Source of the DNA: Octopus sinensis
Lineage: Eukaryota
NCBI RefSeq assembly: GCF_006345805.1
Contig: NC_042998.1
Location: 105,710,001 to 105,774,000 of the forward strand
Reading direction: 5' to 3'
Length of the DNA: 64,000 bases
Both the position numbers and the translations under genes were made by a program. This document shows, one piece after another, positions 40,458 to 54,487 of this stretch. How positions within the stretch are numbered: position 1 is the first letter of the stretch; each line of letters opens with the position of its first letter. The notes under the pieces are model-generated. The model searched no databases, was not told where the DNA came from, and worked only from the letters and a program-made list of their open reading frames with translations.

Positions 40458-40909
40458 TAGAAGGCTGCACCAGGCCCAATCTGATCTGGCAATGTTTCTA
40501 CGGTTGGATGCCCTTCCTAATGCCAACCACTCCGTGAGTGTAGTGGGTGATTTTACGTGCCACCAGCACAGGTGCCAGATGAGGCTGGCAACGGCCATGA
40601 TCGGATGGTGCTTTTTACGTGTCACTGGCACGAGGTCAGTCGGAGCGGCACTGGCAACGGCCATGTTCAGATGGTTTTCTTACGTACCACAGCTGCAATT
40701 TCCATTGATGTTGATCAATTTCGATTTCGATTTTGATTTTGATTTTCACTTGCCTCAACAGGTCTTCACAAGTGGGTGATTTTTATGTGGCACCGACACA
40801 AGGGCCAGTCAGACGGTATTGGAAACGGCCATGCTCAAATGGTGTATTTATATATATATATATATATATATGGTGTATTTATATATATATATATATATAT
40901 AAATACACC

Positions 40910-40940
<31 letters not shown>

Positions 40941-41325
40941 CACCATTTGAGCATGGCCTTTCCAATACCGTCTGACTGGCCCTTGTGTCGGTGCCACATA
41001 AAATCACCCACTTGTGAAGACCTGTTGAGGCAAGTGAAAATCAAAATCACAATCGAAATCGAAATTGATCAACATCAATGGAAATTGCAGCTGTGGTACG
41101 TAAGAAAACCATCTGAACATGGCCGTTGCCAGTGCCGCTCCGACTGACCTCGTGCCGGTGACACGTAAAAAGCACCATCCGATCATGGCCGTTGCCAGCC
41201 TCATCTGGCACCTGTGCTGGTGGCACGTAAAATCACCCACTACACTCACGGAGTGGTTGGCGTTAGGAAGGGCATCCAACCGTAGAAACATTGCCAGATC
41301 AGATTGGGCCTGGTGCAGCCTTCTA
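40458..41325. repeat. 868-bp near-perfect spacer-less palindrome centred on (TA)n
   Basis: Arms ~430 bp with about 5 differences; centre at ~40891. Confidence 0.93.
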
Positions 41326-41334
41326 TGTATATAT

Positions 41335-41391
<57 letters not shown>

Positions 41392-41430
41392 ATATGTATA
41401 TATATGTATATATGTATATATGTATATATA

Positions 41431-41475
<45 letters not shown>

Positions 41476-41841
41476 TGCCATCATCACCTTCATCCTCATC
41501 ATCATCATTTAATGTCCATTTTCCATGCTTGCATGGGTTGGACAGCTTGACGAACTAGCCGGCAAAAAGTGCTGTTCAGGCTCCATGTCTATTTTGACAT
41601 GGTTTCTATGGATGGATGCCTTTCCTGACACAAACCACTTTACAGAATGTACTGAGTGCTTTTACACAGCATCAGCACAGGTGATTTTTATGTGGCACCA
41701 GCACCCACTAGCCCGCAAAATTAAGGTTGCTCAGATGGAGAGGGCTGGAGTGGACGAGCCTATATGCAAGGGGAACCATGCTTTTACTTAGTTTGATGTG
41801 TCTTTTCAAGCAGAGCACACTACCAGGAATCTCAGTCCCCT

Positions 41842-42070
41842 GTCATCCCCTCTGTGAGTCCCAACATTTGTAGATCCTTTCTCATCACTTTGTCCCATTT
41901 CATCCTCTCTGTGAGTCCCAACATTTGTAGATCCTTTCTCACCACTTCGTCCCATGTCATCCCCTCTGTGAGTCCCAACATCTGTAGATCCTTTCTCACC
42001 ACTTTGTCCTATGTCATCCCCTCTTTGAATCCCAACGTCTGTAGAGCCTTTCTCACCACTTCATGCCATG
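41842..42070 (-). repeat. Four tandem 57-bp copies of the RTE ORF C-terminus
   Basis: Unit GTCATCCCCTCTGTGAGTCCCAACATTTGTAGATCCTTTCTCACCACTTTGTCCCAT; minus strand reads WDKVVRKDLQMLGLTEGMT in frame. Confidence 0.8.
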
Positions 42071-42373
42071 TCTTCTTGTTCCCTCTACAATTAGAGATTG
42101 GCACCTCTTGATACAATATTATGGATTCAGAAGAATCAAGGAACATCGGCTTGTAGGACACCAGAAATGACTAAGTATGATAGCATAGAGTTCACAGTCA
42201 AAGAAACATCATCGAATTCATCAAGTGTTGCAGAACATTGTAGATATACAAGTACCAACTCCAATTTAAACAACAGATCTGATTCATGGGTCGGCACAGG
42301 TATAAAAGTAAACACAGTGTTTCAAATTCACAATAGATGTTTCTGTAGAATTTTATTTATTTAATGCAGTCAT

Positions 42374-42517
42374 AAAAGATTACATCATAATATGTAATCC
42401 ACCATCATCAGGTAAAATTTTAAACAGGTAAGATTGTTGATTAGGTAGGTAGTTTAAAATCTTACTGTTTAAAATTGTACCTGATGATGGTATATTATAT
42501 ATTATGATGTAATTTTA
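42374..42517. repeat. Hairpin carrying half-hammerhead CTGATGA motifs
   Basis: GATTACATCATAATAT..CCATCATCAGGTA...TACCTGATGATGG..ATATTATGATGTAAT. Confidence 0.75.
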
Positions 42518-43689
42518 AATGCCACTTATTTTTACGTATACATACATACATGCATATATATATTTATGTGTATATGTATGTGTGTATGGGGGGAATATAT
42601 GTTTATATAAAAGATGAGGAGTTTTCATCAGAGTGGCTCAAACTAATAGGTATGCACTCAATACCTATTTTAGTGGTATGTCATTAAAATCCCAGTTTGA
42701 ATTGCAATTAAAGATGTGATTTTGTGATTGCCCTTTCTAAAGTGGCTGAAGTGGCTTTCCATTGAGTCAGTAGGTATAGATTAAAGCAGAAAAGAAAAGG
42801 CAAACAGTTTGGCAAGACTTGACAAGGACATTTAATTTAGCTATATAATAAAAGGTTTAGATAGTCTCTGACAGCTGTTTCTAGAATATCCCAGCTGTTG
42901 AAACATCGTGCCGAGCAAAGATTCTGTATGATGAGTATTCTGTCATTGGAGACAGATAGGTTAAATATATGTTGCAATGGAAATAAGTTCCTCATTAGTG
43001 ATAGTTGTTGTAGTTCATTATGTCTAGAAAGAGAGGGGAAATCCAATTAAATCTAGTTAAAACGGGTATTCATTAGGGAAATTCATGATCAGAGAGAATG
43101 GTTTGATAGTAATCTCTCCATGAATTATATCATTTAACATCTGTTTTCCATGCTGGCATTGGTCAGACAGTTTGACAGCAGTTGGCAAGGCCAAGTGCCT
43201 TACCAGGCTCCAGTGTCTGTTTTGGCATGGTTTCTACTGCTGAATATCATTCCTAAGACTATGGCTGGATGCCATTCCTAAGACCAACCACTTTACAGGT
43301 TGTACTGGGTGCTTTTTATGTGGCACTCGCACCAGTACCTTTTACGTGGCATCAGCACTGGTGCTTTTTACACATGGCACCATCACCAACTGGATGAGAA
43401 GGATATTCCAAAAATATCTCTCACCTCATAGCAAAGCCAGAAATTTTGCTCCTACTTCTTTCTAGACTACTTACACTCCTAGAATACTTGGGAATCATAT
43501 ATACTTGGGAATATGAGAATCATAGAAGTGTTGTCCAAGCAGACATTAAATTTAAATTCCAGTACTGACATTGCTGACAGCTCTTGTCATTAACATCTAG
43601 GATGACAGGATGAGATAATTAATCAGTGATAGTCATATTCATTTACAAGTGGATGTCCATCATACATGTATGTATGTTTATGTATGTTT

Positions 43690-43860
43690 GTGTGTATATA
43701 CACATATAGGCATGGCTGTGTGGTAAGAAACTTGCTTCCCAACCACATGGTTCTGGGTTCAGTCTCACTGAGTGACACCTTGGGCAAGTGTCTTCTACTA
43801 TAACATCAGGCTGACCAAAGACTTGTAAGTGGATTTGGTAGATGGAAGCTGAAAGAAACC
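43690..43860 (+). mobile_element. SINE family A, 5' half
   Basis: Head and body match. Confidence 0.8.
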
Positions 43861-46389
43861 TCATCATTATCATTGTTTAATGCTCGTTTTCTAAGCTGGC
43901 ATGAGTTGCACGGTTTGACTGAGGCATGGAGAGCAATAATATAATTAATATATAAATATATGCATATATACATACATATAAGTACATACCTACAATACAT
44001 ATATATGTATATATACATGCCTATATGGGTAAAGGACATAAAAAAAAACGTGGAACACAATGAGAAACGAAAAAAAAACAAAAACATAGAAACTAACTTA
44101 TTTCAAACAACAAAAACAACAGAGTACAAGACATACAACACAAGGAATATTCTCCTTCTTCAGTTGTCCATGTTTCATCTACTCCACGTTTCAAAATTAA
44201 GGACAAGACACAACTTCATTGAATCAGTCCTTCCCGCAAAGCAAATTAAATAAAATTTGGGATTTTTGCAGAGGGTAAAAGTGGTAACAAGAACAGGAGA
44301 GTAAGAACAAAACAGTAAAAACAATAAAAAAAGTAACAAAACAGTAAAAACAAATGATGAGGGCTGTTAAGCTAAGACGATGGGAAAATTATTGTGAATG
44401 CTTAAGGAGACAGCTTACGAAGGAGTCAGGATAAGCTGACAGGTCTTTGTGAAGATTGCAGTTGAAAAAATGGCTTCCCTTCTGATCATGTGTCATTGAC
44501 GAGAGAGTCGAGGAAGAGGAGGAGTAAGAGAGAGGTAATGGTGAAAGGGAGAGGAGAAGAATAGGGAAGGGTGGAAGAGAAAACCAGAAAGGATGAAGAA
44601 CAAAAGAGGGAGAGAGATAGACAGAGAAGAAATAATAAAGGAGAAGAGTGCGCATCATAATCATTAAGATAAAACTTACTTGGAAAAGGATGCGTGGCGT
44701 TCAATCATATAATAATATAATTAATATATAAATATATGCATATATATATATGTACATGCCTACATATACATGTGTATATATATATTTTTTTTTTTTTTTT
44801 TGAAAGTCTATGAGAATTACTTAATACAATTTTTGAAGTGCAAAGGTGATTTTTTAAAATTATTTTTTAAAGAAATGTTATGAAATTTTTTATCAGGATG
44901 GTACTAACCTTTTTTGGGAAGAAGTTTTTTCTAGTGTGTGAACACTTTCGTTTAACCTTTTCAAACACACATGCTCTTAAAAAGGAAATTGTTATGATGT
45001 GTTCGTGTGTGTGTGCATGTAATTTATATTAGCAAGTTAGGAGCATTTTGTAAAAGAAGGGAAATACAACAGAACAAGTGAGAAAAGAGAAAAACAGATG
45101 TAATGTATGAATACTCACAACATTTCTCAGTGAATAAATGTAAATAAATCAATATTAAAAAGGTTCAAATTGGTTAAGAAGGAGTTGAAAATTAAATTAA
45201 ATTTTGTGCAATATGCAATTACATATATTATTGATATGTAAATGTTATTGTCACAGTCATGTTCGATATCTCAGATGAAGCAAATTAAAATATGTGCACA
45301 GTTAAATAATTCAATATATTGGAAGTATCATGGTTTACCTTGTACAGATATTAGAATAAATATTTAAATGAGACACCATTTAATTATGTGTACATTCAGA
45401 GTATGTAGTTTCCTATATATTTAGATATCATTTCTACTAATATTTTAATAATTGCTTTCTTTAATACATCAAGCACTATCATGACATCAGCATTCGCATA
45501 GCAAAAAGATATAACATTTTATATATTGGAAGATTTCATTTGTCATAATATTTAACTACTTAAAAAGAAAGTAGAGCACTTTTAATATTATTTTATTCAT
45601 ATTTATTCTCCAAGAGACATTGTGAGTTTATATGTATTACACTTATTTTCAGTTATTCATCTTATTATGTTGTATTTCCTTTCTTTTATGAAAAACACAT
45701 TATTCTACATTAGAATCAATTAGATGTGTACTATTATAAGACCTCTCTTCCTTTACTCTTGGTTGCTTATGTTACAGATGAACCTTTGGCATCACAGTCT
45801 TTATTTTCATATGGATATTTATTTTATGTCTGCACATATATCACAGTTATGTTTTAAGAAACATTCAAGTGTGTAAAGGTAAATTAACAGACATCAGAAA
45901 TAGCTGAATAGAAATGTATAGCTTGGGCATTTTTTTCTACTGGAGATCTGAAAACACTTAAACTGCTTTAGGAGTCTCGGTCATGTTGTAAGTAATTAAA
46001 TTACCCGCTTTTAGAATTTGTCCTTCTGGTCAGCATTCAGGTGGCAACTGCCCACCCTGGTGTTTTTGTATGTGTTTGAGGAATGAAGTAGGTGTAAGGT
46101 TGAGGGAGAGAGGGTGACAGACAAAGAGAGAAGAAGATTATGATGGGGGAGAGAGGTGGGGGACATTTGCGTACACATACATACAAACACACACACACGT
46201 ACACATACACACATATACATGCACACATTGATAGGTTATCACACTTTGTAGACTGCAAGTTACTAAGAAAACTAAGAGTAGATGAATAAGGTGTGAAGGT
46301 CTTGTAACCTGTGTACTAATTTTGAGAAGGATTTTTTGTAGGGTACTACACGCAATAATTTAGTAGTTACAAAGGAAACTATATGAAGA

Positions 46390-47120
46390 TGAATGTCTCA
46401 TAAAGGCTGTACAAACTGCATTTTTGTTCATAGGTACAAAGATGCAGCATGTAATTTGAATGTTGACAATATTTTCAGTAATGAATTTCACATGATGGAA
46501 GGAGTTCATCAAAGTTCAGTGGGCAACCCTCTTCTATTTATTATAGTCCTACAGGCTGTCATGAGGGAATTTAAGGGTGGCTGCCCATGGGAGCTTTTAT
46601 TTGCTGAAGATTCAGTTTGCATAGTTGGCTCTATATGAGAATTAGAGAGGAAATTCCAGGCATGGAAACTAAGCCTAGAAAATGGCCTTACTGCTAGTAA
46701 TGAAGGTATTTTCCTTCAGATTGAAGAGCAGATTGTATGACACTTGTGTTAGAACAGCAATGTTGCATAGCAGTTTGATATAGGCTTTGACTGCAGAGGA
46801 TTTGAGAGGACTGGGGGAAACAGTGAAGCTAGCACACTTTGTTTAATGTGCAATGTAAGTCTACAGGAAATGTAAAGTACAAATGCATTGAAAGAAAATA
46901 TGGGTATAGGAGAAATCGATTTAGTTTGCAACATATGGACATGTGATGTATATGAATTAGAACAGCTGTATAAAGAAGTGCCACTCACTTAATGTGGATG
47001 GAGCTAGCAGAAGAGAGAGATCTTGGAAGATATGAAATGAAGTGGTGAAATCTGGTCTCAGAACCATGAATCTAACAGAGATGACTTGTGATATGATGTT
47101 CTTGAGAAAACCCTCCCACC
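46390..47120 (+). pseudogene. RTE-clade LINE reverse transcriptase relic
   Basis: GVHQSSVGNPLLFIIVLQAVMREFKGGCPWELLFAEDS (RT domain, YADD-like); RLYDTCVRTAMLHSS. Confidence 0.85.
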
Positions 47121-48654
47121 TTGGAGAAAATGAGATTCTGGAAGCAGGATGTGTATAAATACATGCAACTGACCTTCATTTACCCAAATTTTCTCCTCAA
47201 GACAACCAACATATCTGTGACAGCGCAATTTTGCTGCTGTAATTAAATGTAAGCAGAACTGTATATTACAATTTTTCTCTGATGCCACGTGTCCTCTTAC
47301 TACCTGGAATCATTTCATTACTATTCATCATTTATTCTTAATATTGCCTTCTCCACCCAAATTTTACATTAATCAGCCTCTTCAGACACCAGCACCATGT
47401 GTCTCCACATCCCCTATAATTTCCCAATCTACCCAACCACATCATCTCTCTTACCCTTTAACCCATTCTCTCTCTTTCTTCCTTTATCCACTGTATCACT
47501 ATTATTACTATTCTGCAGCTATTCACCCACCTACCCTCTCCTTTCTGCCCTGTCAGTCATCTCTTTCCTTTCTCTCCCAACTTGATGATACATTAACCAT
47601 CTCTCATACCCCATCAATACTACCCACTTTCTACAGTTGTTACTTATTCTTTCCCCTTCCCTATCTCCCCCCTGCGCTTGTTCTTCATTATATTCATCCT
47701 CTTACTTATTTCCTATCTCTAACTATCTCTCACTCTTCCATACACTCTTGCAATCTCTACCCACCTTCACTTTCTGTTCTCCTGTCCCCTCATATCTTGA
47801 GGGTCAATGCAGACACCGCATCACGCATCATGCCTATTTTACTTCCTTTCCAGATTTCTCCCTTCCTCTGATTCTATAGCATAAAGCTGCCTCCCTTCTA
47901 CTGCAGCCCAACTCAGCCAAAGCAGACCTTAGTCTTGCAGGTTGCATGACGACCTCACTAATGCTGGTTCCACAAAAAAAATCATCCAGTATTGTGGTTG
48001 ACCTTAGGAAGGGCATCAAGCTGTAGATACTATGCCAAAAACAGACATAGAAAGCACCTTATTAGCATTCATGTTCCATATGCTGCTGCTGCTGCTGCTC
48101 CTGATGATGATGATGATGATAACGACAATAAGGATAACAATGACATCGACGATGACAACGATGATCTTCAAAGCCGTTATTTAGCAAGTTTTTACATCAA
48201 ATTTAATTCAATATTCCATACTCAGTATGGTACCTTCAGTAGACATAATTGCAGAAATATCAGGAACATTTTATTATTACATCAGAATTCTGATGTTGAT
48301 GTGTGCGCTAATGACTTCAGATGCACCATACCTAACAAGAGTGAAAAACGTAATAAATTTTTGCCACCATCCTTTCTCTCTCTCTCTCATCTTCCACCCT
48401 CTCGTTACTTTTAGCTCAGCAGTTAACAGTGAATTTGAAATATCTTGATATGTGTTTAGATAAAAAAATCAATTTAATTCAACCTACACATGTATAGACA
48501 TGTATGTGTAAACAGGGAAACATCAATGTGTGGTTAATAACATTGCTTTGCCATTACATGTTCCAGATTCGATCACATTACAGAGAAATATTCATTCAGG
48601 TGTCTTCTACTGTCCATATGGAGTGAATTTACTGGATGGAAACTACGTGGAAAG

Positions 48655-49155
<501 letters not shown>

Positions 49156-49765
49156 CCTCCTCATCATCATCATCGTTGTTTTATGCCCACTTTCCATGCT
49201 GGCATGGGCTGGAAGGTTTGGCTGAGTACTGGTGAGCCAGAAGGCTGCACCAGGCTCAGTCTGATCTGTCAAAGTTTCTACAGCTGGATGGCCTTCCTAA
49301 TGCCAGCCACTCCAAGGATGTAGTAGATGCTTTTTCGTGCCACTGGCATAAGGGCCAGTCAGACGATTCTGGCAACAACCATGCTCAAAAGGTGTTTTTT
49401 GTTTATCTGCTACCTGCATGGGAGCCAGTCAGGTGCCACTGACAATGACCATACTCGTATCTTGTTTTTCACATGCCACCGGCACATGTGCTGGTAAGGC
49501 AACGGTGGCAATGACCACACTTGAATGGTGCTTTTAACATGCCACCAGCATGGGAGCCAATCAGTTGCCCTGGCAATGATCATGCTTGGATGTGCTTTTA
49601 ACATTCCACTGGCATGAGTGCCAATCAAGCCGTACTGTTATCAGCCATGTCAGTGATTTTGATTTGATTTCACTTGTCTCAATAGGTCTTCGCAAGCAAA
49701 GTTTATTCTCCAATGAATGAGGGGTACTCATAAGTGGGTGGTTATACATATATAATATATATATA

Positions 49766-49799
<34 letters not shown>

Positions 49800-49945
49800 A
49801 AGAGCAATAAAGATTCAAGTTAATTTAAATGAATTACTTGAATATGGTACCTAACTTAGATGCACCAAAAAAAACTATACTGATTTAACAATACAGTAAT
49901 GTGGGGTGATTATAAGCGAGAAAGAAGCAACAAGAATGGATAGGT

Positions 49946-50036
49946 TTTTAGTACGATCGTTTCATACAAGGACAGGTTTTATTAAAAGTTGCAAAGATTA
50001 CAGCATATAAACGAGTCCCGTACTCATCAGCTAAAA
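49946..50036 (-). ncRNA. Type I hammerhead ribozyme motif (left arm of inverted repeat)
   Basis: Minus strand: TTTTAG-CTGATGA-GTACGGGAC...GTCCTTGTAT-GAAA-CGATCG-TA-CTAAAA; 6-bp stem I, palindromic stem III, GTA triplet. Confidence 0.8.
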
Positions 50037-50541
50037 TACATGTGAGATCTCTAGACATCCTAGTGTTTGAGGCTATACTCATGAAGTAATGTAGATAATT
50101 AACATAAACAGATTTCTAAAGTTCATTAAAGTTCTTTAAAGATGATGTACAGTCTTATCACAGAATTTTAAAAAAGTTTTGATAGCATCACAGAGAAGGT
50201 GACCTAATCCATATGAATTTCCATAGATATGATGAGGGATTATATACTCACAGAAGACAAATTTATCCATTGTTAATTACAACGAGGTGGGTCTCAATTC
50301 CTGCTTATTAGCATTACAGAGAGGGTGAATTAATCCTTTGTATAGATGCACAAATTCCAATGGTGTAGATGTAAATTTCCAGAGAAATGGAGATGAATTT
50401 CATATTCACAGGCGATAAATTTTTCAATGGTTGAACACAATGAGGTAGGTATCAAAAATCAGAAATCTGTTTATGTTAATTATCTACATTACTTCATGAG
50501 TATAGCCTCAAACACTAGGATGTCTAGAGATCTCACATGTA

Positions 50542-50632
50542 TTTTAGCTGATGAGTACGGGACTCGTTTATATGCTGTAATCTTTGCAACTTTTAATAAA
50601 ACCTGTCCTTGTATGAAACGATTGTACTAAAA
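50542..50632 (+). ncRNA. Type I hammerhead ribozyme motif (right arm of inverted repeat)
   Basis: TTTTAG-CTGATGA-...-GAAA-CGATTG-TA-CTAAAA; matches the left arm except C>T in the stem III loop. Confidence 0.75.
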
Positions 50633-51005
50633 ACCTATCCATTCTTGTTGCTTCTTTCTCGTATATATATATATATATAACGGGAAGCTTTATGAAAATA
50701 GACAAAAGACGAAGGCAGGTGGAAAACAAACAAACAATTGTATTAGTATGGCGCTCAGGAAATATAAATAAAACAAGTCTTTAACGTTTCGAGCCTACGC
50801 TCTTCAACAGAAAGATACACAGAGAGAAAAAAAACACAGAAAGAAGGAGAGAAAAAAATGCGTGCAGTAACTAACGAATCAACATGGCGATCTGATTTCG
50901 GCCAGAGGTCAAAGATCAAACATGAGACGCGAGAGCGAAATAAGGGGAGATAATAGGGTTGATAATAGGGTTGAATGACCAGCTATTAGATATATATATA
51001 TATAA

Positions 51006-51232
51006 GGCGAGCTGGCAGAAACGTTAGCGCCCCGGGCAAAATGCTTAGCAGTATTTCGTCTGACATTACGTTCTGAGTTCAAATTCCGCCGAGGTAGACT
51101 TTGCCTTTCATCCTTTCGCGGTCGATAAATAAAGTACCAGTTTCGCACTGGGGTCGATGTAATCGACTTAATCCATTTGTCTGTCCTTGTTTGTCCCCTC
51201 TATATTTAGCCCCTTGTGGGTAGTTAAGAAAT
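51006..51232 (+). mobile_element. tRNA-derived SINE, family C
   Basis: GGCGAGCTGGCAGAAACGTTAGC head, GTTCAAATTCC B-box, GACTTTGCCTTTCATCCTTTC..GGTCGATAAAT..AGTACCAG central domain. Confidence 0.88.
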
Positions 51233-51273
51233 ATATATAATATATATATATATATATTATATATATATATATT

Positions 51274-51304
<31 letters not shown>

Positions 51305-52320
51305 ATAAGGTTAGTAGAGTTAGAGTTCAAATAACTATCTGAGGGATAAAAATATCCATTTTACTAGCAGTATAATTACCTATGTTAACCTTGGGCATAT
51401 ATATGCAAGTATATTATGCTCTCAGGATACAGATAATGACAAAGATAAACATGAATTTATCAGGAATCAGATTTAAAGTAAACAGAAAATGAAGAAATAT
51501 GGATCAACAACAATTGACTAAGATCGATACTTACTTTTTAATGTAAAGACTCTATCTCATCTAACAGCTGTTTCTGCTTCCAATGTCCCTTGGTGTTGCC
51601 ATTGAAAATTCTGAGAATAATATCCTAATATTAGGATAAACTATTAATTAACACTATTAACATAATATTAAGATCTATTCTGATTACTTCTAAATGTTAT
51701 GACACTGCCACTCACTCTTTTTCTAGACCTATTGGCATATCCCGTTATGATAAAGTTTTTATTTTACTTTTTTATTATTCATACACCTTGTTACCCTTAA
51801 AGAAAAATTAACCCACGAATTAATATTTATAGTGTAGTCATTTACTCAACGTCCTGGAGCGTCACATATGTAAAACGGTATGATTTAAATATATTAAGCC
51901 TTTCTTATCCTTCTCAAGGCTCTTCTTTTATTTTATTTTCTTGTATTTTATCTTATGTATTTTTCTTCGCTCTGATGAAGCTCCATGTTCCAGAAACAGC
52001 TGTTAGATGGGATAAAGTCTTTTTATTAAAAAGTAATATTCGATGTTAGTCAATTGTTGCTGATCAATATTTCTCCATATTCTATTTACTTTGTTTATAT
52101 ATATATATAGTCGAAATTTACAGAAAAACAAAAGACAAAGACAGGTGTATGAACAACAAGCAGGTGTATTAATTTGACACTCTGGAAAGTGAGAAAGTCT
52201 TTTTACATATGTATGATTATATATATACATATATGTGTACGTGTGGATGTGCATATATATATACATACATACAGACAGACAGACAGACAGACAGATAGAT
52301 AGATAGATAGATAGATAGAT

Positions 52321-52351
<31 letters not shown>

Positions 52352-52708
52352 GATAGATAGATAGATAGATAGATAGGTTGATGAGAAATATACATATATG
52401 CATGTGCATATACATGTATGTGTGTGTGTGTGTTTGTGTTTTGTTGTCTTGATATTGATTGTAAATGTGTTACAAATTGTAAATGAGTGTCACTATCATG
52501 CAAGTAGTGTCATTCATTTTCAATATTTTATGAAAACATGTCTGGAAAAAAATCCCTTGTTTAGAAAGAGACAAGGGTTGGTAATTGGAAGAGCTTCCAG
52601 CCATAGAAAATCTGCTTCAATAAACTTTGTCTGACCCATGCAAGCATAAAAAAGTGGATGTTAAAATGATGATGTAATGACATGTGTATGTGCATGTGTG
52701 AGTGTGTT

Positions 52709-52761
<53 letters not shown>

Positions 52762-53241
52762 CTGTGTGTCTGTGTGTGTGGTGTGTCTGTGCATATTTGT
52801 GTGTGTATAATATAACGATATAATATGCCCCACCTATGACAGTATGGAAGACGGATGTTAAACAATGATGATGATAATATAATATAATATATATATAAAT
52901 TAAGCAGAAAATGGAGAAATCTTGATCAACAACATTTGACTGCTATCGATTATTGTTTTTTAATACAAAGACTTTATCCCATCTGACAGCTATTTCTGCT
53001 TCCAATGTCCCACAGTGATGCTAAAGAAAATTCTGAGAATAATATTCGTCATATTTTATAACAAATCTGATCTGGAACATGGAGCTTCATCAGGGGAAAG
53101 AAAAATACATAAAAGAAAAGAAACAAAAAGAGGAAGAGCCTCAAGAGGAAGAATGAAGGCTTAATATATTTGAATCATGCCATTTTGCAATGTAACACAC
53201 ACAAACACACATGCATATGTACATACATTCATTCATACATA

Positions 53242-54487
53242 CCGAGTTAAGTCAAAAGTATTTCATATTTCTAGCTTTAATTAATAGTTCAAACAAATTA
53301 CATAGGTAAACGTTTATTCATCAAAATTTATCCTATCATATTCTTCTGTCTGATGCAATTGTTCTGCCAAAAACCCATTAGTCTGTTGCCATTGTTCTGC
53401 CAAAAACCCATTTGTCTGGTTTGGAAGCAAAAGACTCCCAACACCCATTTTCAATCTCATTCATATTGTTGAACCTCTACCCATGCAGGAAATGAGCCAC
53501 AGATGAGAAAAGGTTGTCATCTGATGGTGCAAACTCTGGACTGTAGGCACAGTGAGGCAGCACTTCCAGCCCCTCATGTTCCTGAAGTTTGCTCTTGGTC
53601 ATATTGACAATGTCTGTTGAGGCATTGTCATGCTGTAGGAGTGTGCATCTTTGGTTCACCAATACCATATAGCAGGCTTTCAAAGCATCATATACTCAAT
53701 GCAGTTGTTGAGCATCAGAGTTACTTTCCACAGCATGACCGTCCGGAACAAGCTCAAAGTGCAACACCCCTTCATAATTCCACCAAGCATACATCATGAC
53801 CTTCTGTTCAAACTGCCCTTGTTTGACAACACGTTCTAAAGCCTGGCTGGTACAAAACCACTGATTTCTCTTTATAAGATTACTAAAATAGATTCATTTT
53901 TCATCCCCAGTTACAATTTGCTGTCAAAATTGAGCATCTCAAAGATTAACCAGCATTTCATGAGGACCTTCTTGACTGTCTGTTCACAAGTCTGAGCTTA
54001 TAGAAGTGTTGAGAAATAGAGCTTTGTGAAGGATGAAGTTCTGCCAACAATGTACAGGCGCTTGCGCTTGGCTGTTGTTCAACCAATACAAGCGAGGCCA
54101 CATCTTCACACAAAAGGTCTTTCTGATCTTAGTTTAACTTTGAGATTGGTGACACTATCCTTGAAACCTCTGAAGCAGTTTTGTGCTACACGTTCATTGA
54201 CAGTTCTTTCCATTATCATCAATTTCTGTTTGTTGCTAACTTACACTCAATCCGTTTTTTCACAGGCAGCATAAAAAAGGCTCTAATTGCAAGTGTCTTA
54301 AAGTTCATTATCAAAGCTACAAAATGACAAATGATCGATTTATGTTTATATGTTATATATGAAAATAAAGAATAAACAATTCAGTGTTGATTGGACAAGT
54401 TGTATCAAATTAATGAAGTAACATCGAAATACAAGTTGCCAAAATCATCAGTGAAAAATCTATAAAAAAAGCTTTGATTCATCTCAC
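53242..54487 (-). mobile_element. Decayed mariner (DD34D) transposon, ~1.25 kb
   Basis: IVTGDEK, KVMMYAWWNYEGVLHFELVP, LLQHDNA, PHCAYSPEFAPSDDNLF on the minus strand; imperfect TIRs preceded by TA at both ends; ATG at 54308. Confidence 0.85.

Larger units (their letters stand above)
49917..50661. mobile_element. Inverted-repeat element, ~200-bp near-identical arms around a ~340-bp spacer; probable Penelope-like pLTR relic
   Basis: 49917-50117 is the reverse complement of 50461-50661; each arm holds a hammerhead; right end abuts (TA)n. Confidence 0.7.
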
